From Thermodesulfobacteriota bacterium (GTDB lineage: Bacteria > Desulfobacterota > Desulfobulbia > Desulfobulbales > SURF-16): 63,452 nucleotides of DNA. Shown here one piece after another: positions 7,764 to 17,170 of the stretch (positions are counted from its first letter, which is position 1; every line of letters starts with the position of its first letter). The notes below the pieces were generated by a model. The model was not told the origin of the DNA and did no database searches. It saw only the letters and a list, made by a program, of their open reading frames with translations. The stretch spans positions 1-63,452 of the forward strand of contig JBFMAY010000024.1 of the NCBI GenBank assembly GCA_040755455.1, in the 5' to 3' direction. The translations under genes were made by a program, and so were the position numbers.

Positions 7764-8840
7764 TTACCGTTCCGTACAGCTGATACAGGGATCAATGGAC
7801 AGCAGCACCACCGGCACGTCCGCCAACTCCATGCCCGGCAGCATGACGGTCAGGGCCGGGATATTGGCAAAGGTCGGGGTGCGGATGCGCAGGCGGTCCA
7901 GGAATTTACCGCCGCTTGCCTTGATATAGTACAGACACTCCCCCCGGGGCTGCTCGGCCCTGACCACGATCTCCCCGGCGGGACGGCCCTTGACCGGCAC
8001 ACTGATATCTCCTGCCGGCAGCCTGGCAATGGCCTGCCGGATCAGATCGATGGACTGGCCCAGCTCAGCAAAACGCACCCTGCACCTGGCATAACAGTCG
8101 CCGTCCTGCTCCACCACCGGCGCAAAATCAAGCTCGCCGTAAGCGGCGTAGCCCAGCAGGCGCATGTCCTGTGCCATGCCGCTGGCGCGCAGCACCGGCC
8201 CGACGCAACCCAGCTCCATGGCCTGGCTGCGGGAAAGGACCCCCTTGCCCCTGGTGCGTTTCTGCACCGTGTAATCATGCAGGATGGTCCGGCTCATGGC
8301 GTTCACCTCTCTCTCCACCTCGGCAAGTTCCGCCAAAATCCAGCCGGTCTGGCCGGGGTCCAGATCCCGCCGCACCCCGCCGATGACGTTTACCGAAATA
8401 ATCACCCGATTGCCGGCCGTGGCCTCGTTGATGTCCATGATCCGCTCCCGCACCTTCCACAATTGCATGAACAGGCTCTCAAATCCCATGGCATCGGCAA
8501 AAAGGCCAAGCCACAGCAGATGGCTGTGCAGCCGGTGCAGCTCCGACCAGATGACCCGCAGATACCCGGCACGGGGCGGCGGTTCAACCCCCATCAGCCC
8601 TTCCAGGGCCTGGCAGTATATGAGGGCGTGGATCATGGAGCAGATGCCGCACACCCGCTCGACGATCTGGATCATCTGGCGGAAATCCCGGATATCAACC
8701 AGCTTTTCCAGGCCCCGGTGCACATAGCCGAAGGCCGGCGTGGCTGAGACGACAATCTCGTCCTCAATCCTGAGATTGAGATGCAGGGGCTCCGGCAGCA
8801 CCGGATGCTGGGGTCCGAAGGGAATGACGGTGCCGGCCAT
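7764..8840 (-). CDS. echE: Ech hydrogenase large [NiFe] subunit E
   Basis: PFGPQHP, GYVHRGLEK, ERVCGICS (L1), DPCISCTER* (L2 with no C-terminal extension, group 4). Confidence 0.95.
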   Translation of the reverse strand: MAGTVIPFGPQHPVLPEPLHLNLRIEDEIVVSATPAFGYVHRGLEKLVDIRDFRQMIQIVERVCGICSMIHALIYCQALEGLMGVEPPPRAGYLRVIWSELHRLHSHLLWLGLFADAMGFESLFMQLWKVRERIMDINEATAGNRVIISVNVIGGVRRDLDPGQTGWILAELAEVEREVNAMSRTILHDYTVQKRTRGKGVLSRSQAMELGCVGPVLRASGMAQDMRLLGYAAYGELDFAPVVEQDGDCYARCRVRFAELGQSIDLIRQAIARLPAGDISVPVKGRPAGEIVVRAEQPRGECLYYIKASGGKFLDRLRIRTPTFANIPALTVMLPGMELADVPVVLLSIDPCISCTER

Positions 8841-8845
8841 CGTCC

Positions 8846-9214
8846 TTACTCCTTCACCGGTTCGGGCTGGTCGGTCCGGCGCAAAGGCGGGACGCTGCCA
8901 TCCCCTTGCAGATACAGGGTGCGCCGGTAATCAGGGACAAGTCCGGCAAAGCGCAGGCCGAAATGGTCCTGGATCTCATTTTCCACCAGAAAGGCGGCGC
9001 TATAGATACCGCTGATGCTGGGCACCTCATCCCCGGCCACGGCCAGCCGCAGATGGCTGAGCCGCAGCTCCTGGTCAAAATGATAGAGCAGCTCCGCGCC
9101 CTCGCTGTCCGCCCTTACACAGGTGATGGTGACGAAACGGCAGCCCTTTTCTTTTAAAGCGGCCACCGCCCGGCACAGCTCCCGGCTTTCGATCCCCTCT
9201 GCCTCAATGGTCAT
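8846..9214 (-). CDS. echD: Ech hydrogenase subunit D (NuoC-like)
   Basis: RFVTITC, ELLYHF, VPSISGIYSAAFLVENEIQDHFG; ATGA overlap with echC. Confidence 0.88.
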   Translation of the reverse strand: MTIEAEGIESRELCRAVAALKEKGCRFVTITCVRADSEGAELLYHFDQELRLSHLRLAVAGDEVPSISGIYSAAFLVENEIQDHFGLRFAGLVPDYRRTLYLQGDGSVPPLRRTDQPEPVKE

Positions 9215-9669
9215 CTCCCCTCCCCCATTTCTTTGCTCTTTTCCCTGAATTTTTCCACGGCCAGCACCACCCCGTCGATGATGGCCTCGGGCCGGGCCGG
9301 ACAACCCGGCACATAGACATCCACCGGGATGACCTTGTCCACCCCGCCTACCACATTGGGCGCCTCGCGGAACACCCCGCCGGACAGCCCGCAGGCGCCG
9401 ATGGCCACGACCACCCTGGGCTCCGGCATCTGTTCAAAAAGCACGGCCAGCGCCTCCCGGTTGCGGTGATTGACGGTGCCCGTCACCAGCAGGATATCGG
9501 CATGCCTGGGATTGCCGACATTCACCACCCCGAAGCGCTCCACGTCATAGACCGGGGTGAGACAGGCCAGGGTCTCGATGTCACAGCCGTTGCAGCTGCC
9601 GCAGTCAAAATGCAGCAGCCAGGGCGACCTGCGCCGCGCCGTGCCGATCAATTTATCCACAAGCCCCAT
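9211..9669 (-). CDS. echC: Ech hydrogenase small subunit C
   Basis: SPW...CGSCNGCDIE, GNPRHADILLVTG, GAC, VDVYVPGCPARPEAI. Confidence 0.95.
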   Translation of the reverse strand: MGLVDKLIGTARRRSPWLLHFDCGSCNGCDIETLACLTPVYDVERFGVVNVGNPRHADILLVTGTVNHRNREALAVLFEQMPEPRVVVAIGACGLSGGVFREAPNVVGGVDKVIPVDVYVPGCPARPEAIIDGVVLAVEKFREKSKEMGEGR

Positions 9670-9672
9670 GGT

Positions 9673-10527
9673 TCACCCCTTGAGCCAGAAGAGATTGAGC
9701 GCGGCGGCCGCAAAAACAGCGGCCCAGCCCCGGCCCAGCATCCAGCGCCAGGTCAGCCGGGCCGCGACGTTATCCAGGACGATGACCGCGCCGAAAGCCG
9801 CCAGGGGCAGCAGAATCATGGCCGCCACATTGGTTGCCCAGAACAGGGAGCAGATGGCGAGATAGAGCATCACCTCCAGCCAGTGGGCGATTTCCAGCAG
9901 GCCCAAATGCGGCCCGGCATATTCGGTGTACACGCCGCGCACCAGCTCCTGATGGGCATGATGGCTGCCGGCCAGATCAAAGGGCGATTTGCGCATCTTC
10001 ACGGTCAGGGCGAAGAGAAAGGCGAGAAACAGCAGCGGCAGCCGGTCCAGCAGCGGCTCCGGCAGGGCCAATACCCCGCTGACCCGGAAGCTTCCCGTGG
10101 TGAGATAGAGCGCGCCGGCAAAGAGAAAAAGCAGGGTCTCGCAGCAAAGCATCTGCCACAGCTCCCGCTGGCCGCCGGTCTGGCTGTAGGGTGACGGGGA
10201 GGCCATGGCGCCGAGCACCAGAAAAACCCCGCCCGTGGCATGGACAAAAAGGATGACGAGCAGATCACCCTGGCAGACAAAAAGCACCAGAGCCGTGGCG
10301 GCAGCGGCCAGGGTCGCCACCGGCGAAAATGCCTGCCACGGGTTGGTGACCACCCGCTCCTTGGCCAGGAGCTTGATGACATCCCAGAAAGGCTGGGTGA
10401 GGGGCGGGCCCCGGCGGGCCTGCAGACGGGCCGTCAGCCGCCGGTCAAGGCCGCTGAGCAGTCCTCCCAGCAGGGTGGCGGCCCAGAGCACGGCCAGGGC
10501 AATGACTGCGGTCCGCATCACGGCCAT
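9673..10527 (-). CDS. echB: Ech hydrogenase membrane subunit B (NuoH-like)
   Basis: DRRLTARLQARRGPPLTQPFWDVIKL, KSPFDL..SHHAHQELVRG.YTEYAG; GGAGG RBS. Confidence 0.92.
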   Translation of the reverse strand: MAVMRTAVIALAVLWAATLLGGLLSGLDRRLTARLQARRGPPLTQPFWDVIKLLAKERVVTNPWQAFSPVATLAAAATALVLFVCQGDLLVILFVHATGGVFLVLGAMASPSPYSQTGGQRELWQMLCCETLLFLFAGALYLTTGSFRVSGVLALPEPLLDRLPLLFLAFLFALTVKMRKSPFDLAGSHHAHQELVRGVYTEYAGPHLGLLEIAHWLEVMLYLAICSLFWATNVAAMILLPLAAFGAVIVLDNVAARLTWRWMLGRGWAAVFAAAALNLFWLKG

Positions 10528-12449
10528 AATCCGCCTCCGAGCATGAAAAGCAGCAGCCCTGCGGCGGCAAGATTCACCCACCTGGTCCAGCGCTTTTCGC
10601 CAAGGAGCGGCGCCAGATAGTAATTTTCCACCACCGCCCGCACCGGCCGGTTCATGGGTCCGCGGAAATGATCAGGCAACTCCGTGTTGGCCCCGGCCAG
10701 ATAGGCCCTGCCCTTTTTGCCGGCCATGGCCTGCCTGGCCGCGGCCAGGGCCAGCAGCGCGACAAGGGCCGCGGCCACAAACAGGCTGGCCAGGGGAAAC
10801 GCCCCCTGGGCCGTCAGCAGCACCCCGGCCCGGCCCGCGGCAAATGGCGGCCCGGCCGGGAAAGCGGTCATGGGGCCAAACAGGGGGGCCAGCGCTGCCA
10901 GCAGCCGGCCATGGAGGGCCGGTGCGCCCAGCACCAGCAGCACGGCGCCGCAGGCAAGCACTGCCAGCGGCCAACGGGTGAGAAGAGGTTGCGCCTCGGC
11001 CCGGGCGGCGGCCGTCTCCCCGCCGGCCAGCAGGGTTCCGGCCAGCCGCACCCAGTACAGGACGGTAAAGGAGCTGCCCAGCACCAGCATGAGATAAAAA
11101 ACGATATTATCCGCCCCGGCCTCAAAGACCAGCCATTTGCCGAGCAGCATGCCGAAGGGCGGCACAATGAGGGTCAGCGCCGCCAGCACACTGATCATGG
11201 CGGTCACCGGCATGATGGCGCACAGGCCCCGCATCACCTCGATATCGCGGCTGTGCACCTGCTGCTCCGCCGTGCCGACGCAGAGAAAGAGCAGACCTTT
11301 GGAAACGGCATGAAAGAGGATGAGCAGCATGCCGGCCGCCACGGCAGCGGGGGTGCCGATGCCGGCGCAGGCAAAGATCAGCCCCAGATTGCTGATGGTC
11401 GAATAGGCCAACACCTTTTTGGCGTTGCGCTGGCCGATGGCCAGGGCCGCAGCGGCAACAAAGGTGAAGCCACCGGCCAGCACAAGTCCCTGGGCGAGCA
11501 GAGTGCCGGCCAAGGCCGGGGCAAAACGCAGGGCCAGATAAACCCCGGCCTTGACCATGGTGCTGGAATGGAGAAGCGCGGAGGTGGGTGTCGGCGCCAC
11601 CATCGCCCCCAGCAGCCATTTCTGCCAGGGCAGTTGGGCGGATTTGGTGAAGGCCGCCAACAGCAGCATGACCAGCGGCAGCATGGCCGCGCCATGGCCG
11701 CCTGCCGTCGCCACCAGCCCGGTCATATCGAGCATGGCGCTCTGGCTATAAAGCCCCCAAATGGCAAGGAGCAGCAGCAGGCCGCCCAGCCCGTTCATCC
11801 ACAAAGCGGTCAGGGCCTTGGCCACCGCCTCATCGGTGTTGTCATGGCCGATCAGCAGAAACGAGCAAAGGGTGGTCAGTTCAAAGAAAAAATAGAAATG
11901 GGCCAGATGATTGGTGAGCACCAGACCGTTCATGGCGCCGAGAAAGAGCAGCAGCACGGCGAAGAATTGCGGCTGGCGGGAACGGTCAAGCTGCAGATGC
12001 CGTTCATGGGCCTGCATGTAGGGCAGGGCGTGCAGACAGATGAGCCCGCCGACAATGCACACCACCCGGACCATGGTGAGCGACAGGGCATCGACCGCAA
12101 ACAGGGCGGGACCGTGGCTCCCCCCGGCAAAAACCGAGAACTCAAGCCAGGCGAACAGGGCAAGCTGCCCCGCGGTCAGCATGACAATGAGGGGATGGCG
12201 ATACCGGCAGCCCAGAAAAAACATGACGGCCAGCAGCAGAAAATCGCCGCCCGCGATAAGCGGCGCAATAATCCCGGCCCACTTGCCGCCGCAGGCAGGC
12301 GACGCCTGCAGCAGCAGGCTGCAGGTTGCCAGCCCGCAGACGGTGGTGATAACGAGAAATGACCGGCAAGCGGATGAACGGGTGAGCAGAGACGCCAGGG
12401 CGGCAAGAAAAGGAACGATGATGAGAACGACCGAGATGGCCTCTGGCAT
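10518..12449 (-). CDS. echA: Ech hydrogenase antiporter-like membrane subunit A
   Basis: FFELTTLCSFLLIG, TKSAQLPW..WL.GAMVAPTPTSALLHSSTMVKAGVY, KKVLAYSTISNLG, FHAVSKGLLF. Confidence 0.93.
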   Translation of the reverse strand: MPEAISVVLIIVPFLAALASLLTRSSACRSFLVITTVCGLATCSLLLQASPACGGKWAGIIAPLIAGGDFLLLAVMFFLGCRYRHPLIVMLTAGQLALFAWLEFSVFAGGSHGPALFAVDALSLTMVRVVCIVGGLICLHALPYMQAHERHLQLDRSRQPQFFAVLLLFLGAMNGLVLTNHLAHFYFFFELTTLCSFLLIGHDNTDEAVAKALTALWMNGLGGLLLLLAIWGLYSQSAMLDMTGLVATAGGHGAAMLPLVMLLLAAFTKSAQLPWQKWLLGAMVAPTPTSALLHSSTMVKAGVYLALRFAPALAGTLLAQGLVLAGGFTFVAAAALAIGQRNAKKVLAYSTISNLGLIFACAGIGTPAAVAAGMLLILFHAVSKGLLFLCVGTAEQQVHSRDIEVMRGLCAIMPVTAMISVLAALTLIVPPFGMLLGKWLVFEAGADNIVFYLMLVLGSSFTVLYWVRLAGTLLAGGETAAARAEAQPLLTRWPLAVLACGAVLLVLGAPALHGRLLAALAPLFGPMTAFPAGPPFAAGRAGVLLTAQGAFPLASLFVAAALVALLALAAARQAMAGKKGRAYLAGANTELPDHFRGPMNRPVRAVVENYYLAPLLGEKRWTRWVNLAAAGLLLFMLGGGLWP

Positions 12450-12687
12450 GCTGCTTCCCGTTATGAAAAAAGGAAAAAATCGAGCCGGACAAACCCGGCC
12501 GGCAAGGTCATTTTCACCTTACCATAAATTCCGGGGAAAATCTGCCGGAGTTCCATGGCAATGACCTAAAAATCCCCGGCCCGAGCCGGAAAACGGCATT
12601 GGCGCAGTTCGTCATCACGCCAGGGTATTTCCTCTTTTTTTCTGGAATCTAGCCCATAAGAAAAACCCGGATTGCGGGCGAAAGGCT

Positions 12688-13293
12688 TCAATTCCCGCCC
12701 GAGGCCAGCCGCCGCAGTTCATCGGCGATCTCCCGGCTCAGGCGGAACAGCGCTTCGCTTTCGCTGCGGACCATGGCCTCGAAATCATGGGTAGGGGCGG
12801 GAACGGTGATGTCGGCGCGGCGCGGCGCGGTCTCCATGCCGTTGACGGACCAGTTGGCGATGAGATGCACGGCGTCATCCGGGCCGGCGTCAAAGCGCAG
12901 CACCTCAACCCGGACCTGATAGCCGGGCGCCTTGCTCCTTGGCCAGGGGTAGGCCAGGATGCGGCTGGGATGCAGCTGGGCCGCAAGGTTTTCGGCCAGC
13001 ACCCGCAAGACATTGCCGGCCAGCGGCTCGGCCCAGCGGTGGGAGTCGGCGGCCGCCAGGCGGTTTTCCGAGACACGGAAGACGATCTGGGAGCGGTCGA
13101 GGTAGTCCGGCAGGGTCACCGGTCCCAGGCCGATTACCATCGTTTCCCCCGTTCCTCCGGCTGCCGGGGCCTCCGGCTCCATGCCGGCGAGCAGATAGAG
13201 CCTTGTCTCCGGACGCGGCGCACAGCCCGGCAGCAGAACGGCAACCATCAACACCAGGGCGAGCGCCAGCCGTTTTCGCCAGCATCCTTTCAT
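12688..13293 (-). CDS. PqiC-family (ABC transport auxiliary) lipoprotein
   Basis: Lipobox LPGC; GPVTLPDYLDRSQIV; HRWAEPL. Confidence 0.88.
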   Translation of the reverse strand: MKGCWRKRLALALVLMVAVLLPGCAPRPETRLYLLAGMEPEAPAAGGTGETMVIGLGPVTLPDYLDRSQIVFRVSENRLAAADSHRWAEPLAGNVLRVLAENLAAQLHPSRILAYPWPRSKAPGYQVRVEVLRFDAGPDDAVHLIANWSVNGMETAPRRADITVPAPTHDFEAMVRSESEALFRLSREIADELRRLASGGN

Positions 13294-14309
13294 GGCCTCT
13301 CCTCCATTGCCTTTTTCCCCCGCACCAGGGATTCCGGCTGCTGTTCCAGGGTTTCGGCCAGCGCCCGCAGGCTGCGGGCCGCCTTGGTCATCTCCTGCAG
13401 GGCGGCATTGAGATGCACCACCTGGGGCGATTCCTCCCCGGCAACAGCGCCCACCGCCTGGGCGGCATTGCTCAGCTCCTCGGCCGCCCGGGCCAGACTG
13501 GCGAACACCGGGGCGTCAGGGCTGGCCAGGGCCTTCACGCTGTCCGCCGCCATTTCCATCCGCACGAGGGCGGACTGGGCGACCAGCAGGGTCTGCTGCA
13601 GCTCCGTCAGGTCGTCGCGTAATGCCGCCATGGTCGGCTGGGTCTCGGCATCCAGCTTGGAGACCAGCAAATCCAGATGGGTCAGGGTCGCTTCCAGCCG
13701 GCGGGGAATCTCGCTGGTGGCCGGGTCGGCGAGAAGCTTGCCAAGGGCGTCGCTGATGGCCGTTACCTCAGTGAAAAGCTTGTCCCAGGGCAGGCTTTCC
13801 AGCCTGGCGGTGAGTTCCTGCACCGGGGTGGGGATGGAGGGGATCTCACTCACGTGCTGGTCGGTGGCGACAAACACCGCCGGCTTTTCCGGGTGGAAAT
13901 CCAGATCAACATAAAGCTGACCGGTGAGCAGGCTCTGGATGCGGAGCTGGCCGCGCAACCCGCGATCCACCAAGCTTTTCATGGTGGCGCGTTTACCGAG
14001 ATCGATCTCTTCGCCGGTCGGGGAGCGCACCACGTTGGGCACGACCTCGACGGTGACGAGCACCGTGAACCGGCCGTTGCGCTCATCGAGCCCGAGCTGG
14101 ATCTGCTTCACCGTGCCCACCTTCACCCCCAGAAACAGCACCGGGGCGCCGACCTGCAGGCCCTGGGCCGCTCCTTCGAAATAGATGACATGCCGGGGCC
14201 GTTCCTGGAAAACCTGGCCCCCGGCCACCAGCAGAATAGTCACCACGGCAAGGGTCACGGCGCCGAGGACAAAGGCGCCTATCAGCGTCGGGCTGGCCCG
14301 CCTGCTCAT
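13290..14309 (-). CDS. MlaD/PqiB-family MCE protein
   Basis: IGAFVLG transmembrane segment, GLQVGAPVLFLGVKVGTV, SLLTGQLYVDLDF, helical tail LEQQPESLVRGK. Confidence 0.9.
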   Translation of the reverse strand: MSRRASPTLIGAFVLGAVTLAVVTILLVAGGQVFQERPRHVIYFEGAAQGLQVGAPVLFLGVKVGTVKQIQLGLDERNGRFTVLVTVEVVPNVVRSPTGEEIDLGKRATMKSLVDRGLRGQLRIQSLLTGQLYVDLDFHPEKPAVFVATDQHVSEIPSIPTPVQELTARLESLPWDKLFTEVTAISDALGKLLADPATSEIPRRLEATLTHLDLLVSKLDAETQPTMAALRDDLTELQQTLLVAQSALVRMEMAADSVKALASPDAPVFASLARAAEELSNAAQAVGAVAGEESPQVVHLNAALQEMTKAARSLRALAETLEQQPESLVRGKKAMEERP

Positions 14310-15061
14310 GCGCGCACCTCCCCCCGGGACAGGAAGCACCGCACGTTCGGCGCGCCGTGCTCCAGGGCCGTGCGCGGATTGCCCGTGGCAATCATGGTGT
14401 GACGTTCGGTGTCGAGGTAGATGGAATTGTTGCCGATGGTGAGGATGCTGGCGATGTCGTGGGTGATGACCACGATGGTGGTGCCCAGACTGTCGCGCAG
14501 CTCCATGATGAGATCGTCGAGCCGGCGGGCCGTGAGCGGGTCCAGTCCCGAGGAAGGCTCGTCGATGACCAGGATCTCCGGGTCAAGGGCCATGGCCCGG
14601 GCAATGCCGGCCCGCTTGCGCATGCCCCCCGACAGTTCCGACGGATAGAACTCCTCGAAGCCGGCCAGTCCCACCAGGGCAAGCTTGAAGGAGACCACCT
14701 CGTTGATCTTGCCGGCCGGCAGGGCGGTGTATTCGCCGAGCGGCAGGGCCACGTTCTCGGCAATGGTCAGCGAACTCCACAAGGCCCCGCCCTGGAAGAG
14801 GATGCCGAGCCGCCGTTTCATGCGTTCCCGGTCGTCAGGGGCGGCGTTCCAGAAATCCTCCCCGTGGTAGAAGACCTCCCCCTGTGCCGGACGCTGCAGC
14901 CCGATGAGGTGGCGCATCAGCGTCGTCTTGCCGCAGCCGTTGCCGCCCATGATGACGAAGATGTCGCCGCTGTTCACCGTAAAGCTCAGGTCCCGCTGGA
15001 CCACGAAATCCCCGTAGGCCATGGTCAGGTCGCGTACCTCGATATGTGGCGCATTGTTCAT
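14306..15061 (-). CDS. MlaF-like ABC ATP-binding protein
   Basis: GGNGCGKTT, LSGGMRKRAGIARA, DEPSSGLD, ITHD. Confidence 0.92.
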   Translation of the reverse strand: MNNAPHIEVRDLTMAYGDFVVQRDLSFTVNSGDIFVIMGGNGCGKTTLMRHLIGLQRPAQGEVFYHGEDFWNAAPDDRERMKRRLGILFQGGALWSSLTIAENVALPLGEYTALPAGKINEVVSFKLALVGLAGFEEFYPSELSGGMRKRAGIARAMALDPEILVIDEPSSGLDPLTARRLDDLIMELRDSLGTTIVVITHDIASILTIGNNSIYLDTERHTMIATGNPRTALEHGAPNVRCFLSRGEVRA

Positions 15062-15062
15062 G

Positions 15063-16214
15063 TCAGATGCCCAGCCGGTAATAGATGATGGTCATGAGCG
15101 AGGCGGTGATGGTGATCAGCAGAATCCCGGTGACCACGGCCGAGGTCGCGGCCCGGCCCACCGCCTCGGCGTTCCTGCCGCACTGGATGCCGCGCAGACA
15201 GCCGGAAAAGGCCACCATGGCGCCATAAACCGTGCCCTTGGAAAGCCCCACGAAAAAGTGCTTCAACTCCAGCGCCCGCAGCGTTTCGGTGTAATACTCG
15301 AACATGCCGATGTCGAAAATGGTGGCCGAGACGAGTAACCCGGCGAGCATGCCGACAAAACTTGCGTAGAGCGTGAGCAGCGGCACCATGAGCATCAGCG
15401 CCAGCATGCGCGGCAGCACCAGGAAATCGACCTGGGAGATGCCCAGGGTGCGGAAGGCGTCGATCTCCTCGTTCACCTGCATGGTGCCGAGCTGGGCGGC
15501 AAAGGCGGCCCCGGTGCGGCCGGCGATGATGATGCCGGTCATGAGCGCCCCCACCTCCCGCACCATGCCGATGGCCACCAGGTCGGCGATAAAGATCTGG
15601 GCCCCCACCATCTTGAGCTGATCGGCGCCCAGGTAGGCGAGGATCAGCCCGACCAGGAAACTGATCACTGAGACGATGCCCAGGGCCCGCGGCCCGACCT
15701 CCTCGATCTCGACCCACAGATCTCCCAGCCGGAACCGGGCCCGGCCGGTAAGCAGCCTGCCGAAGGAGAGTGTGATCTCGCCGAGGAAGTGGATCATCTC
15801 AGGAGCGGTGCGGACAAATTCCAGGGTCGCCGGGCCGACCCGGTCAAACAGCCCGGCCGGCCGGGCGCGGCGGCCGGCCACCGCCTGTTCGGGCACGGCA
15901 AAGGCCATGGTGATCAACCGCTGCACCCCATCGGGCAGCCCCTGCTGCTCCACGGTAAAGCCGCGTTCCGCGCCCATTTTCACCACCCCGGCGAAAAAGG
16001 CGGGCAGCCCGGTGTCCCATTCCCCCAAGTCCGTGACCACCAGCCTGAGGGTGGTGAGCCCCTCGAAAAAAGCGGCCTCCAGTTCGCGGACCGGGGGCAG
16101 CTGCTCGCTCAGGCACCAGCGGCCGGAAAGGGTGACTTCCAACTCCTTGTCCGAGAGCCTGCGCGTGGCGAGCCGCCACGCCGGCCCGGGCTCTGTGACC
16201 GCCTGACTGTTCAT
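15063..16214 (-). CDS. MlaE-family permease with N-terminal STAS-like domain
   Basis: VREVGALMTGIIIAGRTGAAFAAQLGTMQVNEEIDA, LVLPR, VGRAATSAVV. Confidence 0.92.
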   Translation of the reverse strand: MNSQAVTEPGPAWRLATRRLSDKELEVTLSGRWCLSEQLPPVRELEAAFFEGLTTLRLVVTDLGEWDTGLPAFFAGVVKMGAERGFTVEQQGLPDGVQRLITMAFAVPEQAVAGRRARPAGLFDRVGPATLEFVRTAPEMIHFLGEITLSFGRLLTGRARFRLGDLWVEIEEVGPRALGIVSVISFLVGLILAYLGADQLKMVGAQIFIADLVAIGMVREVGALMTGIIIAGRTGAAFAAQLGTMQVNEEIDAFRTLGISQVDFLVLPRMLALMLMVPLLTLYASFVGMLAGLLVSATIFDIGMFEYYTETLRALELKHFFVGLSKGTVYGAMVAFSGCLRGIQCGRNAEAVGRAATSAVVTGILLITITASLMTIIYYRLGI

Positions 16215-16462
16215 GATCGCCGTCTGACCTTTATAGCGGTTATAAAGGACTGAAAAGTTATAAAAATACCGTTTAATTATTTAGGTCTTGTCTGCATAGA
16301 AGGGTGACGCAGGCATGATTTTTTTTACCACAGAATGGAAAGCACCGCAAGCAAAGCAATGACAGGCCTCATCCTCGCCGGGCGGCGGAACCAGGTGTTC
16401 TTTCTTCGCTTTGCCCTGTTTTCCGCCTGCGTTGACAGGTCATCGGGCAATCCGCCGGACAC

Positions 16463-17092
16463 TCACCTTTCCCGGACAGATGGCGGCGAAGCGGCGGGCT
16501 GCAGCGCCCGGTCCCCGCCCGGCATGGCTTCCGGCCCGGAGCGGAAGACGGGGGCGACCGACGCCAGGCGCCGGTAAAGCTTGATATTTCTGAGCTGGGG
16601 GAACCATTCGATCAGGAAAGTCGCAAGAGACTCCCACAAGGAAACCCAGGCGGCGACGATGAGGCCCTCGGCGAACACATGGGCCACCACCGTGCGGTCC
16701 GGTCCCAGCCAGCGGTTGACCCAGACGGAGATAAACAGGATGGCAACGCCGATGCAGAAGAGAACAAGGGACCGGCGCACCATCTGCCGGACCTTTTGCT
16801 GTTCGACCTCGACCAGGTACAGGAAGAAGTTGTTGACGCTCCCCCTGATGCGGGAAAGCCCGGCCTCATCCGGCGGGCTGGCCAGGGTGAAGCTGATGGT
16901 GAATGGTTCACTGCCCAGTTCCCGGGCGCAGTCGATGAGGTAATCGACGAGGTCCTGATCCAGATCCCTGCGGATGTAGGGCGCGCTCCGGTCAAAATCA
17001 CTGTAGAGATCTTCCACCCTGTCCGCGGCAACATCGATCAGGATGCTGCCGTCAGGGCCGCGTTCGTAGCGATTGAGAACATCTCTCTTCAT
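16463..17092 (-). CDS. hypothetical membrane protein
   Basis: Coherent 209-aa ORF with DLYSDFD.SAPY..RDL and two C-terminal hydrophobic segments (EGLIVAAWVSLWE). Confidence 0.8.
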   Translation of the reverse strand: MKRDVLNRYERGPDGSILIDVAADRVEDLYSDFDRSAPYIRRDLDQDLVDYLIDCARELGSEPFTISFTLASPPDEAGLSRIRGSVNNFFLYLVEVEQQKVRQMVRRSLVLFCIGVAILFISVWVNRWLGPDRTVVAHVFAEGLIVAAWVSLWESLATFLIEWFPQLRNIKLYRRLASVAPVFRSGPEAMPGGDRALQPAASPPSVRER

Positions 17093-17170
17093 GCCCGCCC
17101 ACCCAAGAATGAAGTCTTGCCATGTTGCTTTCTCCCCTTATTCTGTCCAAAATCAGACCCGCTATCCGTC

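Noticed and set aside
7143..8747. 534-aa plus-strand ORF and similar long antisense ORFs (e.g. 10668-12362, 24035-25264, 34067-35566, 53303-54637)
   Set aside because: Shadow frames opposite well-supported genes in GC-rich DNA, with no motifs.
12450..12687. Riboswitch upstream of echA
   Set aside because: Some inverted repeats (AGGTCATT occurs on both strands) but no recognisable aptamer consensus.
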